From: Macrostomum lignano
Taxonomy: Eukaryota
Direction: 5' to 3'
DNA: 64,000 nt
Assembly (NCBI GenBank): GCA_002269645.1
Contig: NIVC01000642.1
Location: 62,001-126,000 of the forward strand
Part shown: positions 31,998 to 45,300 of the stretch, one piece after another
Layout: every line of letters begins with the position of its first letter
How positions within the stretch are numbered: the first letter of the stretch is position 1
Notes under the pieces: model-generated
What the model was told of the DNA's origin: nothing
The model's database searches: none
What the model saw: only the letters and a program-made list of their open reading frames with translations
Program-made: the position numbers and the translations under genes

Positions 31998-33765
31998 AGC
32001 TTTTACACAAGAATACACTACCGAAGTTACAAGAAATGAAACGACGCGACACTGAAGATGAGCCTGAATCTTGAATTCGGACCCATTGCCAAATTGGCAT
32101 CCTGTTTTTTCTCCAACCAAGCAGCACACTATGTAATTTAGGTTCCGTAGTTTTAGCAATCCAAACTTCTTTGAAGTATCAGTAATTTCATAATTATTGT
32201 GACTCCTAAGATTTGAAAAACATCTAATCAATTATCAAATTTGAGTGATCTGTAAACATGGAGTCTACAAACTTCTGCAACTTCATCGGGTCAGAGAGAC
32301 TCAGCAGTGTAAAGGTTAGGGTAGATGTTGCTATTTTATTTTACATGAACTCGGACCCAGGATACCAAATAGCGCTATTAATCGGAGGCTTAATTTAAGA
32401 TTTTTATTTAAAATTAAAACGCCAAGCTCTCATTTAGTAACTCACCTTTGTAAATCAAATTTATTCAACAAAGATGTCAGTAAGATGCAGGCAAAAGTGT
32501 CACAAATGAAACAAGAGCAACTAGAACTATTTGCTCTTTAAAAAATGTTATATTTCAGCAACTAGGCGAGCTCACTAAATAGATGCCGCACAAAAGAATG
32601 CTTGCTAGAGTAGAAATTCAATTTTACTTGATAATAACACTCGCGGACAATAAACTGGGTCGGTCGGGGGATTCACAGAGCAGGCGCTCGGGAAGGCGGA
32701 GAGAAGGCCAGAGAGAAAAAATGAATATACATACATAAAGACATCTAGACAGAGAAATAGAAGACAGAGAACTGAACAGCATTTTATTGGCTGGAAAGCA
32801 GCTCCTTGTACGCGGTGCAAAATAGGGGGAGGGGGTTTAGACAGAGGGGGAGAGACTTGTCGCGGGTGACTGAAACAGTCAGCCCAAACCAGATGCGGGT
32901 CGTGCGGGACTGCATTCCAACTCTTGGGGCTACCGCTGGGAGTCACGAAATTATAATATGAGTAAAGAGCTGAGCATGACCATAGCTGAACAGCAAAATT
33001 AAAAAAACGAATAGAGAACAAGAAAACGAAAGACAAACCAGCATTTGCGGGCAATATAGTTTACAAAATAATACCAAATTTGTCTGTTTTACTGAGAATA
33101 GCCAAAATAACCTTCAAACGTACTGACAGGCCAGCAGACCAAAGAGGTTATTGTTAAAAAAAGACCGGACGAGTGTACATAAATTCTAATAGTAGTAGAT
33201 TATATAATAGTGGGACCCTACACTCACTAGTCAATTACGAGTTGCTCAAGCCTACAGTAACCTGCAAGCGAGGTCTGAAAATAATAATTATTGAAGCTCA
33301 ACAGGTGCACGTGAAATCCATGCAATCACAGTCTAACAAAGCATAATTATAGATGGGGGATTAGTATTTTAACCGAAATCCAGATTCAACTAAGTAAAAA
33401 TAAGAACAGAAAATCACCCAAGCGGAACTACGCTAAAGCCATCCCGCTCTTTCTAACAAACCGAAATTCGCCTGACCTCGCTCCGTGCCTGGGGCAAGGG
33501 CGGGCTTCTCGTAAAGATGTGATTACCTCAGACAATATTATTTACAGAATCATTTTCATTTCCTGAGATGATGGAGCAATTCTATGTTTTTTACTGAACT
33601 AAAATGCAAACAGCTATGCTTAAACTATAGTGTCAGAGCTGTAAGTGTAATCTTATCAACTACACATGTTTGTAAGTTGGCGTATACCAGGTACACAGAA
33701 AAAGGGGGTCATTTTTCAAATCTATGAAAGTTCAAGGTAGGACACCCTGTGTCGAAGTAAAAGTA

Positions 33766-34141
33766 CGAGGGGTGTCCCAATAGTAGTGTCACTTTTGCTT
33801 GCTTCCACGAGTATTTAATGTGTGTTAAAAAATCATATGCCCTAAAAGTTTAGCGGCCTATTTCAGCTTTCATGCTGCTGTCTTGCAACTCTGTGCTTGA
33901 TCAGCTCTACTTGTGGCTTTCTTCTGAGTGAGCATAGAAGCACAATGCGGTGTGTATTTCTATGGCTAAGGGTATGCGAACAATTGCATGCTGCTTACAG
34001 CAGGAAGCACTTTTAAAAATCGGACTTTCGTGGCATGAAAGCTAAAATAAGCCACCAACTCTCAAGGCATATGATTTTTTAAACACACATTAATACTCGT
34101 GGAAGCAAGCAAAAGTGACACTACTTCTGGGACACCCCTCG
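33766..34141. mobile_element. Tc1/mariner-type MITE with ~110-bp TIRs and TA target duplication
   Basis: TA|CGAGGGGTGTCCCA...TGGGACACCCCTCG|TA; long imperfect inverted arms. Confidence 0.9.
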
Positions 34142-34319
34142 TACATTAGCTGGCAGGTTAGAACTGATCTAAACTAGTCTGCAGCTAAAAATAGACCAAA
34201 CCCTGCACTCACACACTAATGAATAGTAACTCTAAAATGTCCATTAATAAAGCACTGGGCGTTTTTATCATTTTTCGCAACCGACAGACTAATGAATAAA
34301 TAATAAATAAACAAATGAA

Positions 34320-35360
34320 TGTTGCCAACGATCAAGCAGACTAAGGAGCTAAGGGTTGCTAACGATCAAGCAGACTAAGGAGCTAGGGTTGCTAACGATC
34401 AAGCAGGCTAAGGAGCTAGGGTTGCTAACGATCAAGCAGGCTAAGGAGCTAGGGTTGCTAACGATCAAGCAGGCTAAGGAGCTAGGGTTGCTAACGATCA
34501 AGCAGGCTAAGGAGCTAGGGTTGCTAACGATCAAGCAGGCTAAGGAGCTAGGGTTGCTAACGATCAAGCAGGCTAAGGAGCTAGGGTTGCCAACGATCAA
34601 GCAGGCTAAGGAGCTAGGGTTGCCAACGATCAAGCAGGCTAAGGAGCTAGGGTTGCCAACGATCAAGCAGGCTAAGGAGCTAGGGTTGCCAACGATCAAG
34701 CAGGCTAAGGAGCTAGGGTTGCCAACGATCAAGCAGGCTAAGGAGCTAAGGGTTGCTAACGATCAAGCAGGCTAAGGAGCTAGGGTTGCTAACGATCAAG
34801 CAGGCTAAGGAGCTAGGGTTGCTAACGATCAAGCAGGCTAAGGAGCTAGGGTTGCTAACGATCAAGCAGGCTAAGGAGCTAGTGTTGCCAACGATCAAGC
34901 AGGCTAAGGAGCTAGGGTTGCTAACGATCAAGCAGGCTAAGGAGCTAGGGTTGCCAACGATCAAGCAGGCTAAGGAGCTAGGGTTGCCAACGATCAAGCA
35001 GGCTAAGGAGCTAGGGTTGCCAACGATCAAGCAGGCTAAGGAGCTAGGGTTGCCAACGATCAAGCAGGCTAAGGAGCTAGGGTTGCCAACGATCAAGCAG
35101 GCTAAGGAGCTAGGGTTGCCAACGATCAAGCAGGCTAAGGAGCTAGGGTTGCTAACGATCAAGCAGACTAAGGAGCTAGGGTTGCTAACGATCAAGCAGG
35201 CTAAGGAGCTAGTGTTGCCAACGATCAAGCAGGCTAAGGAGCTAGGGTTGCTAACGATCAAGCAGGCTAAGGAGCTAGGGTTGCTAACGATCAAGCAGGC
35301 TAAGGAGCTAGTGTTGCCAACGATCAAGCAGACTAAGGAATCAGATGGCTAACGATCAAT
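34320..35360. repeat. 33-bp minisatellite (gggttgctaacgatcaagcaggctaaggagcta)n, ~31 copies
   Basis: Direct inspection; produces the spurious LTIKQAKELGL ORFs. Confidence 0.97.
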
Positions 35361-36244
35361 CATGCTAGAGAAATCAAATCAGGCTGATAAGCAAGTTCCA
35401 GTTAAGGAGCATAATTACAACTTATACAACAAAGCATACTGGAGCAAAGCCGCTTAGCACTAGCTAGTTAGCTATACTCACTCGATAATTAAGAAGGTAA
35501 GCCAAAAAATGCATAACCAAATCATTACCTTGCTGAAATCTTCCATCTCAATAAAACACTAATTTCTTGCTAGAGCTATTTCTGCTTCGAAAAATCATGA
35601 AGATCTATAGTCAAGTAGGTACGCGTCCACTCCATAGCGAATGAAGTAATTCGAGAGGTTTAATCTCCCAACATGCATTGAACTGTCCTAAGAAGCCACA
35701 GCCACACCCTAAATGCATACTTTTTCGTGACTATTTCTTAGTAAACTAATTCAAGCCATTTGATTGCTTTGAAAGAATCATACATTCGTTAAGATGAATT
35801 TTCAAATGCTATATGTTTTATTAAAAGCATGGAGGATAGGCCTAACCACACCCTCATTCAGCAAATATCTCAAAAAGGATCTATTCATATGTACCATGGA
35901 TATAACTGAATTTGAATGAGTTAGCCTTGCCATTTGTCTTGGAAACAACAATGATTTCTACTGTCCCAATTGACCAATAAACTAGTCTCACTGTAAAATA
36001 GGAATGCTACACTACATGCTTGGCATTGTAGTCATGCATCCCAATGTTATCATTAAAAACTGGTTATAATAGGCTTGGCATGCCTTTTACTAACTTTGAT
36101 AAGTTTTCTATTCTAATACCATTGACAATATTAAGATCTGGTTATTCAAGGGAGCTATAGAGCCTATCTTGCTATATGGGCTAGTGGAGGTAGTCCCTAT
36201 TATAATAGGTTAACTAGCTTATATTGCACTTTAGATGTTTCTTA

Positions 36245-37360
36245 TGTAGTGAGCCGCTAGTTTATGGCTAGGCGTCACCCTTGTCAGCCGTTCCCTCGCC
36301 CTCCCTTTGGGTTGCTGTCTGCCGCTGGTCAGCTTCCCGCCCTCCTTTCGCTTGCCTGTTGCCCCCGTGTCCTTTCCGCCCTGCTGCGTTTCCGTTCTCA
36401 GCCCTCAGTCTCTCGACTGTGGGCTGTCTCTGTTTCGCTCCCGTCCCGTTTTCCCTGTCTTGTGAGCAAGTCACATGACAGTTCTTGCGTTCTTTGAGTC
36501 TTAAAGTGCAGTAAACATGTTTACTGCACTCGTTGGCCCTGTTTACCGGGTGAGTCACGTGCTTTCGGACCCCTCCCTTCTCTAAGGAGAGGAGTGACTC
36601 ATGTTGCTAAAAATAGCAACTGAGTCACAGCCGCGTGTACTCTGGCCGGGGACCTCAAGTGACGTCAGTTCTAAAAATAGAACAAGTCACGAGGTCTTCC
36701 GCGCGCTTGTACCCTGCCCAAGACTCTCGAGTGACGTCAGTTCTAAAAATAGAACAAGTCACGAGGTCTGGAGCGTGGGAATTTCCCGGCTATAAATAGG
36801 AGCCCTCTCCCCCTTGTTTCCGTCAAGGAGTCTTCCTTCTGTTCAACCTCGAGTTCTACGTCCGCGTGTGACTAAGTCCCGAGTGTCCGAGTCTTTGCGC
36901 ACATTGATTCTGTTCCTGTTGCTCCGACTGAGACCCGACCAAACCAACCCAAGTCTACGAGAGGCTAACTCAGCCCTCCCTGTACCATCCAAGCCCGGCA
37001 GGTGCTGCTGACGAGACGCCTTATACGTTGAGCTGCAAATCTGCACGTCGTGCTGTGTTCGTTGACTTCATTATTTCGTTCCGACGGGAAGCTCACCTCA
37101 CCGAAGGCCGAGACCTGAAGGAACTGGTGGCAGCACTACCTACGCTACTGAGAGAGTTCAGAAGGCTTCCGAGTGAGAAGACGGAGGGCCCAAGTCACTG
37201 CGCTGTACAGCAGGACAACCACAGGTACAACATTGGTGGCAGAGGTGGGATTCAAAGACCTACCAGGCCACCCCGAGAAAACCCCAAAGTATTTCACTGG
37301 TGGCAGCGGTGGGATTCAAAGACCTACCAGGCCACCCCGAGAAAACCCCAAAGTATTTCA
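36245..37360 (+). mobile_element. Solo LTR of a second gypsy-like family, with two PBS-containing 64-bp units at its 3' end
   Basis: TGTAGT start, TATAAA at 36791, TACAACA at 37226-37232, then 2 x 64 bp (TGGTGGCAG(A/C)GGTGGGATTC...TTTCAC). Ends in CA at 37360, flanked by CTTA on both sides (36241-36244, 37361-37364). Confidence 0.8.
36551..36796 (+). promoter_or_regulatory. LTR U3 enhancer/promoter cluster (AP-1, CRE, MEF2-type sites, TATA)
   Basis: TGA(G/C)TCA at 36551, 36595 and 36621; TGACGTCA at 36660 and 36732; CTAAAAATAG at 36607, 36671 and 36743; TATAAA at 36791. Confidence 0.6.
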
Positions 37361-37361
37361 C
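37234..37361 (+). repeat. Two tandem 64-bp units, each starting with a tRNA-Leu PBS
   Basis: Units start at 37234 and 37298 and differ at one base inside the PBS (A vs C). Confidence 0.92.
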
Positions 37362-37475
37362 TTACTATTAGCTACTATATTATAAGATAGCTAGCAACCT
37401 GCTTGCAAGTGCCATGACTACTAAAGTACCAATTATATTCCAAATCATGTTGACTACATGGTCGAATATACATAA

Positions 37476-37827
37476 CCAGGGGTAGATTTAATAGGGGGGG
37501 GGGGTAGGGGGAGGGGCAGCTGCCCCCCGCAAATAGCTTGAAAGAACATATTGCGCCCCCATAACCTGAGTTTATGCCTCTCTAAACTTGATTTTTTATC
37601 CCAATGCCTTTTTTGTGCCTTTAAGTTTGACTTTTCCCCCTTTACATGCATTTTTGCACCCCTAAGCTAGATTTTTTCCCTCTAAATGCATTTTTGGATT
37701 CCTAAGCTTGACTTTTCCCTTTATACACATATTTTTGGCAACCCCTAGCTTCAAAATTGGTGTCCCTTTTACTTATGTTGGCACCCCAAACTTGGACCCC
37801 CCAAAATGAAACTCTAGATCTGCCACT
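37476..37827. mobile_element. Possible degenerate MITE with internal ~40-bp repeats
   Basis: Weak TIR CAGGGGTAGATTTA / TAGATCTGCCACTA; no convincing TSD. Confidence 0.35.
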
Positions 37828-38512
37828 AGATATAACATAATATACATTTTTTTAATTTGCTAATGATAAAACTCATAAAAGTAAGAATGTAAAAAGTAAA
37901 TAGGCTTATAATATAATTATTATTGTTTAATCTAAATATACTAAATCTCTAATATTTGTTTGTTTGTATGCTTGTCCATAACGCTCTAGAGATTGCAATT
38001 CTTCACCGATTTTGATCGCGTTTTCGCCAAAACATTCAAAATTTATAAAACTTACTATATACCATGCCTTTATGCCTTAAATAGGCCTATAATATATTTA
38101 TAGTAGGCCATATTATACTTATATTTTATCATGATATACTATGCCATGCTACTATATTACTATGCTAGGCTTGTGTACCCTAAATCTTTGCCAATATAAG
38201 CTATAGCCATAGGCCTACTAAAGCTTTATAGGCCTAATAACATTTTTTATCCAAAACTAAATCTTCTTTATAACTAATACTAGAATATTATAAAATAAGA
38301 TAAACAATATTTTTAGACTATTAAAACATAACTTTCAACAATAACAATTTGTCTTAATGGGCCATTGTCTCTTAGGTTCTATAGCCATGGTTCATGGTTG
38401 GCAAGATGCCCTTTCCCTAGACCCTAGCTACCTTAATGTTATAATCTTATATCTAACCTGTTCTAACTAAGTACCTAGGCTATGCATTAATTAAAGCTAA
38501 GCCTATACTATA

Positions 38513-41076
38513 CCCACTTGAAAATGCTCTAGCGGCCCACAAGGGGTCCGCTAGGGGCCATCGGCAAACTAGCGGGAAGGTTGGCCGAGAAATTTTCCAA
38601 ACTGAGCACTAGCGGGATGATGGGGGGTGCCGCTATAGTGACAAGCCGCTAGATTCCTGCTACTTTCCCGCTAGGCAGCTCGTCATGTTGTCCGGCCGAA
38701 TCACGTAGAAAAACAAGCTCATACTAAAGTAAAATAACATTGCCAGATAAGATAAATTATTATTAATTAAATATATAAAAAATAATTTGCAACAAATAAT
38801 TTTATACCTATGAAGCCAGGCACCCCACAGTTTTTAAATGTATCCATTCTCCATGCGTGCTCACCAGAATAATATCACAGCAGACGGCAGACTATACAGC
38901 AGAGATTTAGGAGCAACTGAATCCAATAATCATACAAACTGTGTTCATAATATGCATTGCTTAGATTATTTGCAAAAACGCTGGATTTTAGGCAACCGGA
39001 CCGTTTGACAGATAAATATGCATCCATCAGGCGAAATCCCATGAAACAGCCTGAATTTTTAGATATTCCTCATTCATTGATTCTGCTATTTCTGCATTGC
39101 TGAACACTATAAATATATTTTGCTCAATCTACCAGTCTTATAGTTGATTCGCCAGCTAAGTATTCACCATTTAAGTCCCACATATCGTTTAAATTACCAG
39201 CCTGCTCCATGTGTTCCACAATTTACAATTTTAACATGACAATTATTGAAGCATGCTCTAGTCCATACAATTTTATGCCAATATTTTATTAGCTTGTACT
39301 ACTTGCTAGTATGGAATAATTGGTACAGTTTGCTCTTGACAGTTGACTGTACTTTAGTATGGAATTAAATGCTTTAAAGCTATTTATTGAAATTTTCTTT
39401 TGGAATTAATGCAAAATTGATTTGAATAATTTGAATATATATTTTTTAATATAATGCTAAGACATGTTTTTTATATCATTGGTTTAGTGAGTAAATGTGC
39501 ATTATTAATTGACTTTTAATGTGACCTTAATGTAATACTTAATGTACTTAATGAAAATCTTGTCTGCAATTATATTGTTACACTTGGAAAACAAGTTTAA
39601 ATTAACTTGTTTACTGTTTGCAACTTTTTAGTTTTGAATCTCAAATAATTTAGCAGAGTTTAACAGTTGTCTCACTGGCTCTGGGGTTTTCTGCAAATCC
39701 AATGTGAAATATCTTTACACAGGCATTATATGAAGTTATTTTGTTTATACTGAATAAAACTGTTTATGAGTACTAAGTATTCTAGCATGCTCAAACTTGT
39801 AGGTTCTAATAAAATTTTGCATGATTTGTTTACAAAAATTGTTTACAAATAATTTCCAATTGTTTAATCTAGATTTTTAATTGATATTTTTAGGTAAATG
39901 TGATTTTAACTGATAAATTAATTCCTAACTATTCAGTTTAATATTATTATATACATTTATTTTTATTGGTTACTGATATGAAAAAGTGACAAATGGAGTA
40001 GATGGGATACTAAATATGTTAATTTGAATAGTTAAAAGGAAGAATGTTGTGTTGCATTTCCTTATATGATTCAGATGGTTAATCAATAGTCCATTAGCTA
40101 ATCAATTCTAAGGGTTCTAAGATCATTTTTATTGTAACACAAACTTAAATTGAGTGTAATTTATTGGACATTCTAGCAATGTCTTCACGAATTCATCGGC
40201 CCAATGGATTCGCTCGTACAAGCCGCAGCTCGCTGTGCGCACCCCACCGAAGTTGAAACTGACATCATCGACGCCATTGCGAAGACGTTGAAGAACTCGC
40301 GCGACAGAGATGGCGGCAGAGAAGACAGGAGACGCCGGGAGCCTGAACAACTGGAGCGCCAGGGCGGTCAACCGAGGTCCCGATGCCGGAAAAGGCGCTC
40401 GGACAATTCGCTCACCTGATTTACATTCATCTCACGCTCATCTCATTCAACTCTCTCTCATTCAACTCTCTCATTTAACTCTCTCATTCAACTCTCTCAT
40501 TCAACCCTCTAATTCAGCTCTCTCTCATTCAACTCTCTCTCATTTAACTCTCTCTTTTTTAACTCTATCATTAAACTCTCATTGTCTAATCTTCTGTGAG
40601 TATTTTAACTATACTACTATATAGCAAAAATTAATATAAGTAACTATAACTTTATGCTCATTTCTCACTAAGTTTCGCTCTCCCTTGTTAAACGACAAGT
40701 CTCTTTATGATAACCCGCTTTTATTCCTTGGCAAGTCATGGTGTGAAAGCCATTTGCTTACCAAAAGTGACTGCAAATGCTACTGTAAAATAGTTTAAAT
40801 TGAATTTTGCTACGGTATGGCTGCTGTGTACGAGTACTTCATGAAGAAGAATGGCGACACTCAAAGTGTGGGGGGCTGACTGGGGCACGCCGCTATTGCA
40901 AGGGGCTGTCAAGGGGCACGCCGCCACCACAAGGGGCTTTTAAGGGGTACACTGCTAGTGGCCCCCTAAGCGGGCCACTAGCGGAGCCGCGGTGCAAATG
41001 CTAGCGGGGGTTTAGGGGGCCGAAGGGGGCTGCCGATAAAGGCCCGCCAGCGGCAGAGCTGTTTTTTTCAAGCGGG
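38513..41076. mobile_element. Non-autonomous CACTA/EnSpm(CMC)-like DNA transposon
   Basis: TIR CCCACTTGAAAA / TTTTCAAGCGGG, TA on both flanks, clustered subterminal CCGCTAG/CTAGCGG motifs at both ends. Confidence 0.75.
40180..40419 (+). pseudogene. Terminal-exon remnant resembling the DUF4806 C-terminus, inside the CACTA-like element
   Basis: PTEVETDIIDAIAKTLKNSRDRDGGR resembles the DUF4806 end motif (T..EV...I...LK.A.DR.GGR) as I recall it. No upstream exons recognised. Confidence 0.5.
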
Positions 41077-43759
41077 TAATCATATAATCTATATTGATAG
41101 AAAACCTATTAAACATTGCTTTGACTCTTTAGATTGCCATTCTCAGTCCCACTGACTGAAGTCTTTTAACCTGTTTAAATAGCATATGCTTTCTTTCCTT
41201 GCTAGGCCTAACACTGGTCTCTAGTATCAATAATAACATTAATGAATAGAAAAAAAATAATATTTAAAATGTTTTTATTCATTGGGCCTAAGCCCTAATG
41301 ATAGGCCCTATTATTTTTAGTGATTATATGGTAATATTTATAAACATATATAGGCCTAGCACTTATGCCTTAGGCCTATAGTATACCACCTAAGCCTTTC
41401 TAATTAGCAAGATGAAATTAAAAAGACAATTTTTAGACAAGGTAGGCCTAATAAAAATTGATCCTATTTTAGTATTATAAAAATCAAACTTGTTTCATAG
41501 GGCCTAGGCATAAATAAATATACAGAAGCTATACTGTAATGTGAACTGTATTATATTTACAGGTCTATATGACTTTTGATAACATTTCAGTTTCAGACAT
41601 ACATTTAATACTTTTTCGTGACACTTAAAATGTCACAAAGTGTCAGAAAGTGTCATAACAATTAACTTTTTTGATACATTTTCAGACACTTTTTTCAGTA
41701 TTTTAAGTGTCAGAAGATGTGTCTGAAAATGTGTTAGCGAAAGTTATAGAGGTCTATATTTGCTAAATTTGATTTAGCTAAAACTCTTAGTCTTAGTTAG
41801 TTAGATTTAGAACATAGAAGTTATTTTTATCAAGTGAAAATTGAGGCCCCACTTTCAGTTCTATAGTATGATTGGCAAATCAAAACAAAAAACCCTGGTC
41901 TGGTCTTGTCTGTTGATGATAATCAGGTGCTGGATCGGACCAACGTGCTGCCAGTGCCATGCTGAAAAAAACCAAGTGAGTCTCTGCCAAAAACGAATTT
42001 CCAAGAAACCTTTGTTATCGCGTCTTTCATTGATTTTAACAAATTCTTTTTAGGATAAGCCTATAGGAAGCCTCAGTCTTCTAAATTATCCAATTTCTCA
42101 CTGAAAAAATGGTGATTAGGTTGTTCAAGTGCTGACTAAATTATCTGGTGCTAAAAATGAAGTTTTTAATCAAATTTTGGGGTTAAATATGTGCTGCAGG
42201 TTAGTATGAGTAGGTCGAGCCGTACCACCACCGCCGTGCAGTTACCGCTATTAGCAAAGAAAAAAATGTTTTTTTACACTTTTCTAATCCAGTCTGAAAA
42301 TAAAAAATTACAGCCATAAATTATGTGCTATACAAGCACAATGACTAGCAATTTGGGCTAAAGTGAGCATGTACATATGAATTTAAAGGATGCTTATTAT
42401 AAATATCCATATCAGATAGCAGAAAAAAGCAGAAGATAGATATGAAAAATTAGCATAGAATTCTAATTATTTGAACGAAAAGCTTTATGAATATCGATAG
42501 AGCAATAAGAATTAGGCACAGCATATCAAAAGATGAACACTGGACCTGCCTCCTATCAAAAGGAATAACAATTTTTGTGCTGAAAAAATGATGAAAACTT
42601 CCTATCTCCGTAGTGAATTTTTATTCGGGAAAACCTGCCTTCTAAAATTTTCTAAGAAACGAGGTTTCCCGTCCTTCTACTTAAGTCTTCCTTGGTACAT
42701 AGCATACATGTAGCATACATTAATATTTTTCTGCGAGTAAAATGCACTCATGTCGCACGGGATTCATAGATAAGAACCTGCATGTTACTATTAGTATAAC
42801 TAATTCTTGCATGGTCTAAACACTCTACCATGCACATGTATTTACATTTCACAGATTCAAGATCAGTCCCAAGACCCTATAGCTATGCAGACCATTTGAA
42901 ACTATCAAAAACCAAAACCACTGTGGCATCGAAGACGAGATGACCCCCTTTATGGTATCTCAAATATAATTGATAGATGACAGCCCCTTTGACCTCACAA
43001 GGATAACTGTCCTATGCAATGGGTAATCTCAAATCTCAGGGGGTTCCCTATAGCTGTTCCGGTCCTACATAGCTGTTCCGCGATTCCCTGCCGTAAAAGC
43101 AACCAGCACAAGTTTTTAACGAAAAAATTGCTGCGATATATACACGTAGGAGAAATAGACAGTTTAGCTACAACACGGCACGTGCTGCAGTCCAGCGTTT
43201 CAGACAGAACTGAAAGCTTCAATTATTAGCTTAGGTAGCAATTGTAGCGATACAGAAATATACATTCTGCTCGTTGAACTTCTCTGGTTTCTGTTCATTC
43301 CGTCTTTTTTTGCTTCTCTGATGCTGCTGCTTGCGGTAAATTGGCAACCGCGGGGAGCGCTCCAGGTTCAGGATGGATGCTTGCTTCAATTAACTTTGCC
43401 GTCTTTTTGCCTTCATGAAGCTTAGCTTAATAATGGGACGCGGGCCTGCGTCGGGCGGACAGCTGAAACTAATAAGCTATAGCTTCTGCACAGCGTTTTA
43501 CCCGAGGACTAGCAGATAAGCAAGCGATGTTAGTTTGTGTTTTAAGATTTACACTGCCTGGCCGGACTAATGCAGAAATTCAAGAGTATGTATACTTCGT
43601 AAATGCAGGTGCACACCTGTTGAAGTTTAAGACAATAAGGATCGCTAAGAATTACAGATAAGAAAGGACGGGACATGCTCTTGCAGCAATGATCCAAGTC
43701 ATAACGATTTTTTAGATTTTTAGTATCCTGTATACAAGAATATACACATGACGGATATT

Positions 43760-45300
43760 CTCTCCTCTCCTCTCCTCTTCTCTCCTCTCCTCTCCTCTCC
43801 TTTCCTCTCCTCTCCTCTCCTCTCCTCTCCTCTCCTCTCCTCTCCTCTCCTCTCCTTTCCTCTCCTCTCCTCTCCTCTCCTCTCCTCTCCTCTCCTCTCC
43901 TCTCCTCTCCTCTCCTCTCCTCTTCTCTCCTCTCCTCTCCTCTCCTCTCCTCTCCTCTCCTCTCCTCTCCTCTCCTCTCCTCTCCTCTCCTCTCCTCTCC
44001 TCTCCTTTCCTCTCCTCTCCTCTCCTCTCCTCTCCTCTCCTCTCCTCTCCTCTCCTCTCCTCTCCTCTCCTCTCCTCTCCTCTCCTCTTCTCTCCTCTCC
44101 TCTCCTCTCCTCTCCTCTCCTCTCCTTTCCTCTCCTCTCCTCTCCTCTCCTCTCCTCTCCTCTCCTCTCCTCTCCTTTCCTCTCCTCTCCTTTCCTCTCC
44201 TCTCCTCTCCTCTCCTCTCCTCTCCTCTCCTCTCCTCTCCTCTCCTCTCCTCTCCTCTCCTCTCCTCTCCTCTCCTCTCCTCTTCTCTCCTCTCCTCTCC
44301 TCTCCTCTCCTCTCCTCTCCTCTCCTCTCCTCTCCTCTCCTCTCCTCTCCTCTCCTTTCCTCTCCTCTCCTCTCCTCTCCTCTCCTCTCCTCTCCTCTCC
44401 TCTCCTCTCCTCTCCTCTTTTCTTCTCTCCTTTCCTATCCTATCCTCTCCTCTCCTCTCCTTTCCTCTCCTCTCCTCTCCTCTCCTCTCCTTTTCTTTCC
44501 TCTCCTCTTTTCTTCTCTCCTTTCCTCTCCTTTCCTCTTCTCTCCTCTCCTCTCCTCTCCTCTCCTCTCCTCTCCTCTCCTCTCCCCTCCTCTCCTTTCC
44601 TCTCCTCTCCTCTCCTCTCCTCTCCTCTCCTCTCCCTCCTCTCCTTTCCTCTCCTCTCCTCTCCTCTCCTCTCCTCTCCTCTCTCTCTCCTCTCCTCTCC
44701 TCTCCTCTCCTTTCCTTTCCTCTCCTCTCCTCTCCTCTCCTCTCCTCTCCTCTCCTCTCCTCTCCTCTCCTCTCCTCTCTCCTCTCCTCTCCTCTCCTCT
44801 CCTCTCCTCTCCTCTCCTCTCCTCTCCTCTCCTCTCCTCTCCTCTCCTCCTCTCTCTCCTCTCCTCTCCTCTCCTCTCCTCTCCTCTCCTCTCCTCTCCT
44901 CTCCTCTCCTCTCCTCTCCTCTCCTCTCCTCTCCTCTGCTCTCCTCTCCTCTCCTCTCCTCTCCTCTGCTCTCCTCTCCTCTCCTCTCCTCTCCTCTCCT
45001 CTCCTCTCCTCTCCTCTCCTCTCCTCTCCTCTCCTCTCCTCTCCTCTCCTCTCCTCTCCTCTCCTCTCCTCTCCTCTCTCTCTCCTCTCCTCTCCTCTCC
45101 TCTCCTCTGCTCTCCTTTCATCTCCTCTCCTCTCTTCTCATCTTCTCTTCTCTCTTTTACTCTCCTCTACTCACCTCGGTCCTCTCTCCTCCTCTCCCCT
45201 CCTCTCCTCTCCTCTCCTCTCTTTTTATCTCCTCTCCTCTCCTCTTTTCTTCTCTCATTTTCTTTCCTATCCTCTCAAAGTCCCTCCTTGCCTCTTCTCT
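43760..45300. repeat. (TCTCC)n microsatellite, ~1.5 kb
   Basis: Direct inspection. Confidence 0.98.

Noticed and set aside
32599-33065. Possible third solo LTR (minus strand TGTAA...AGCA, AATAAA)
   Set aside because: No matching TSD, PBS or second copy in the window.
34349-35352. LTIKQAKELGL and reverse-strand repeat ORFs
   Set aside because: A 33-bp unit gives open frames on both strands; no unique flanking coding sequence. The same applies to the ORFs at 14496, 22712, 26187, 30487-31328, 47323-51363, 54735-56027 and 61804-62085.
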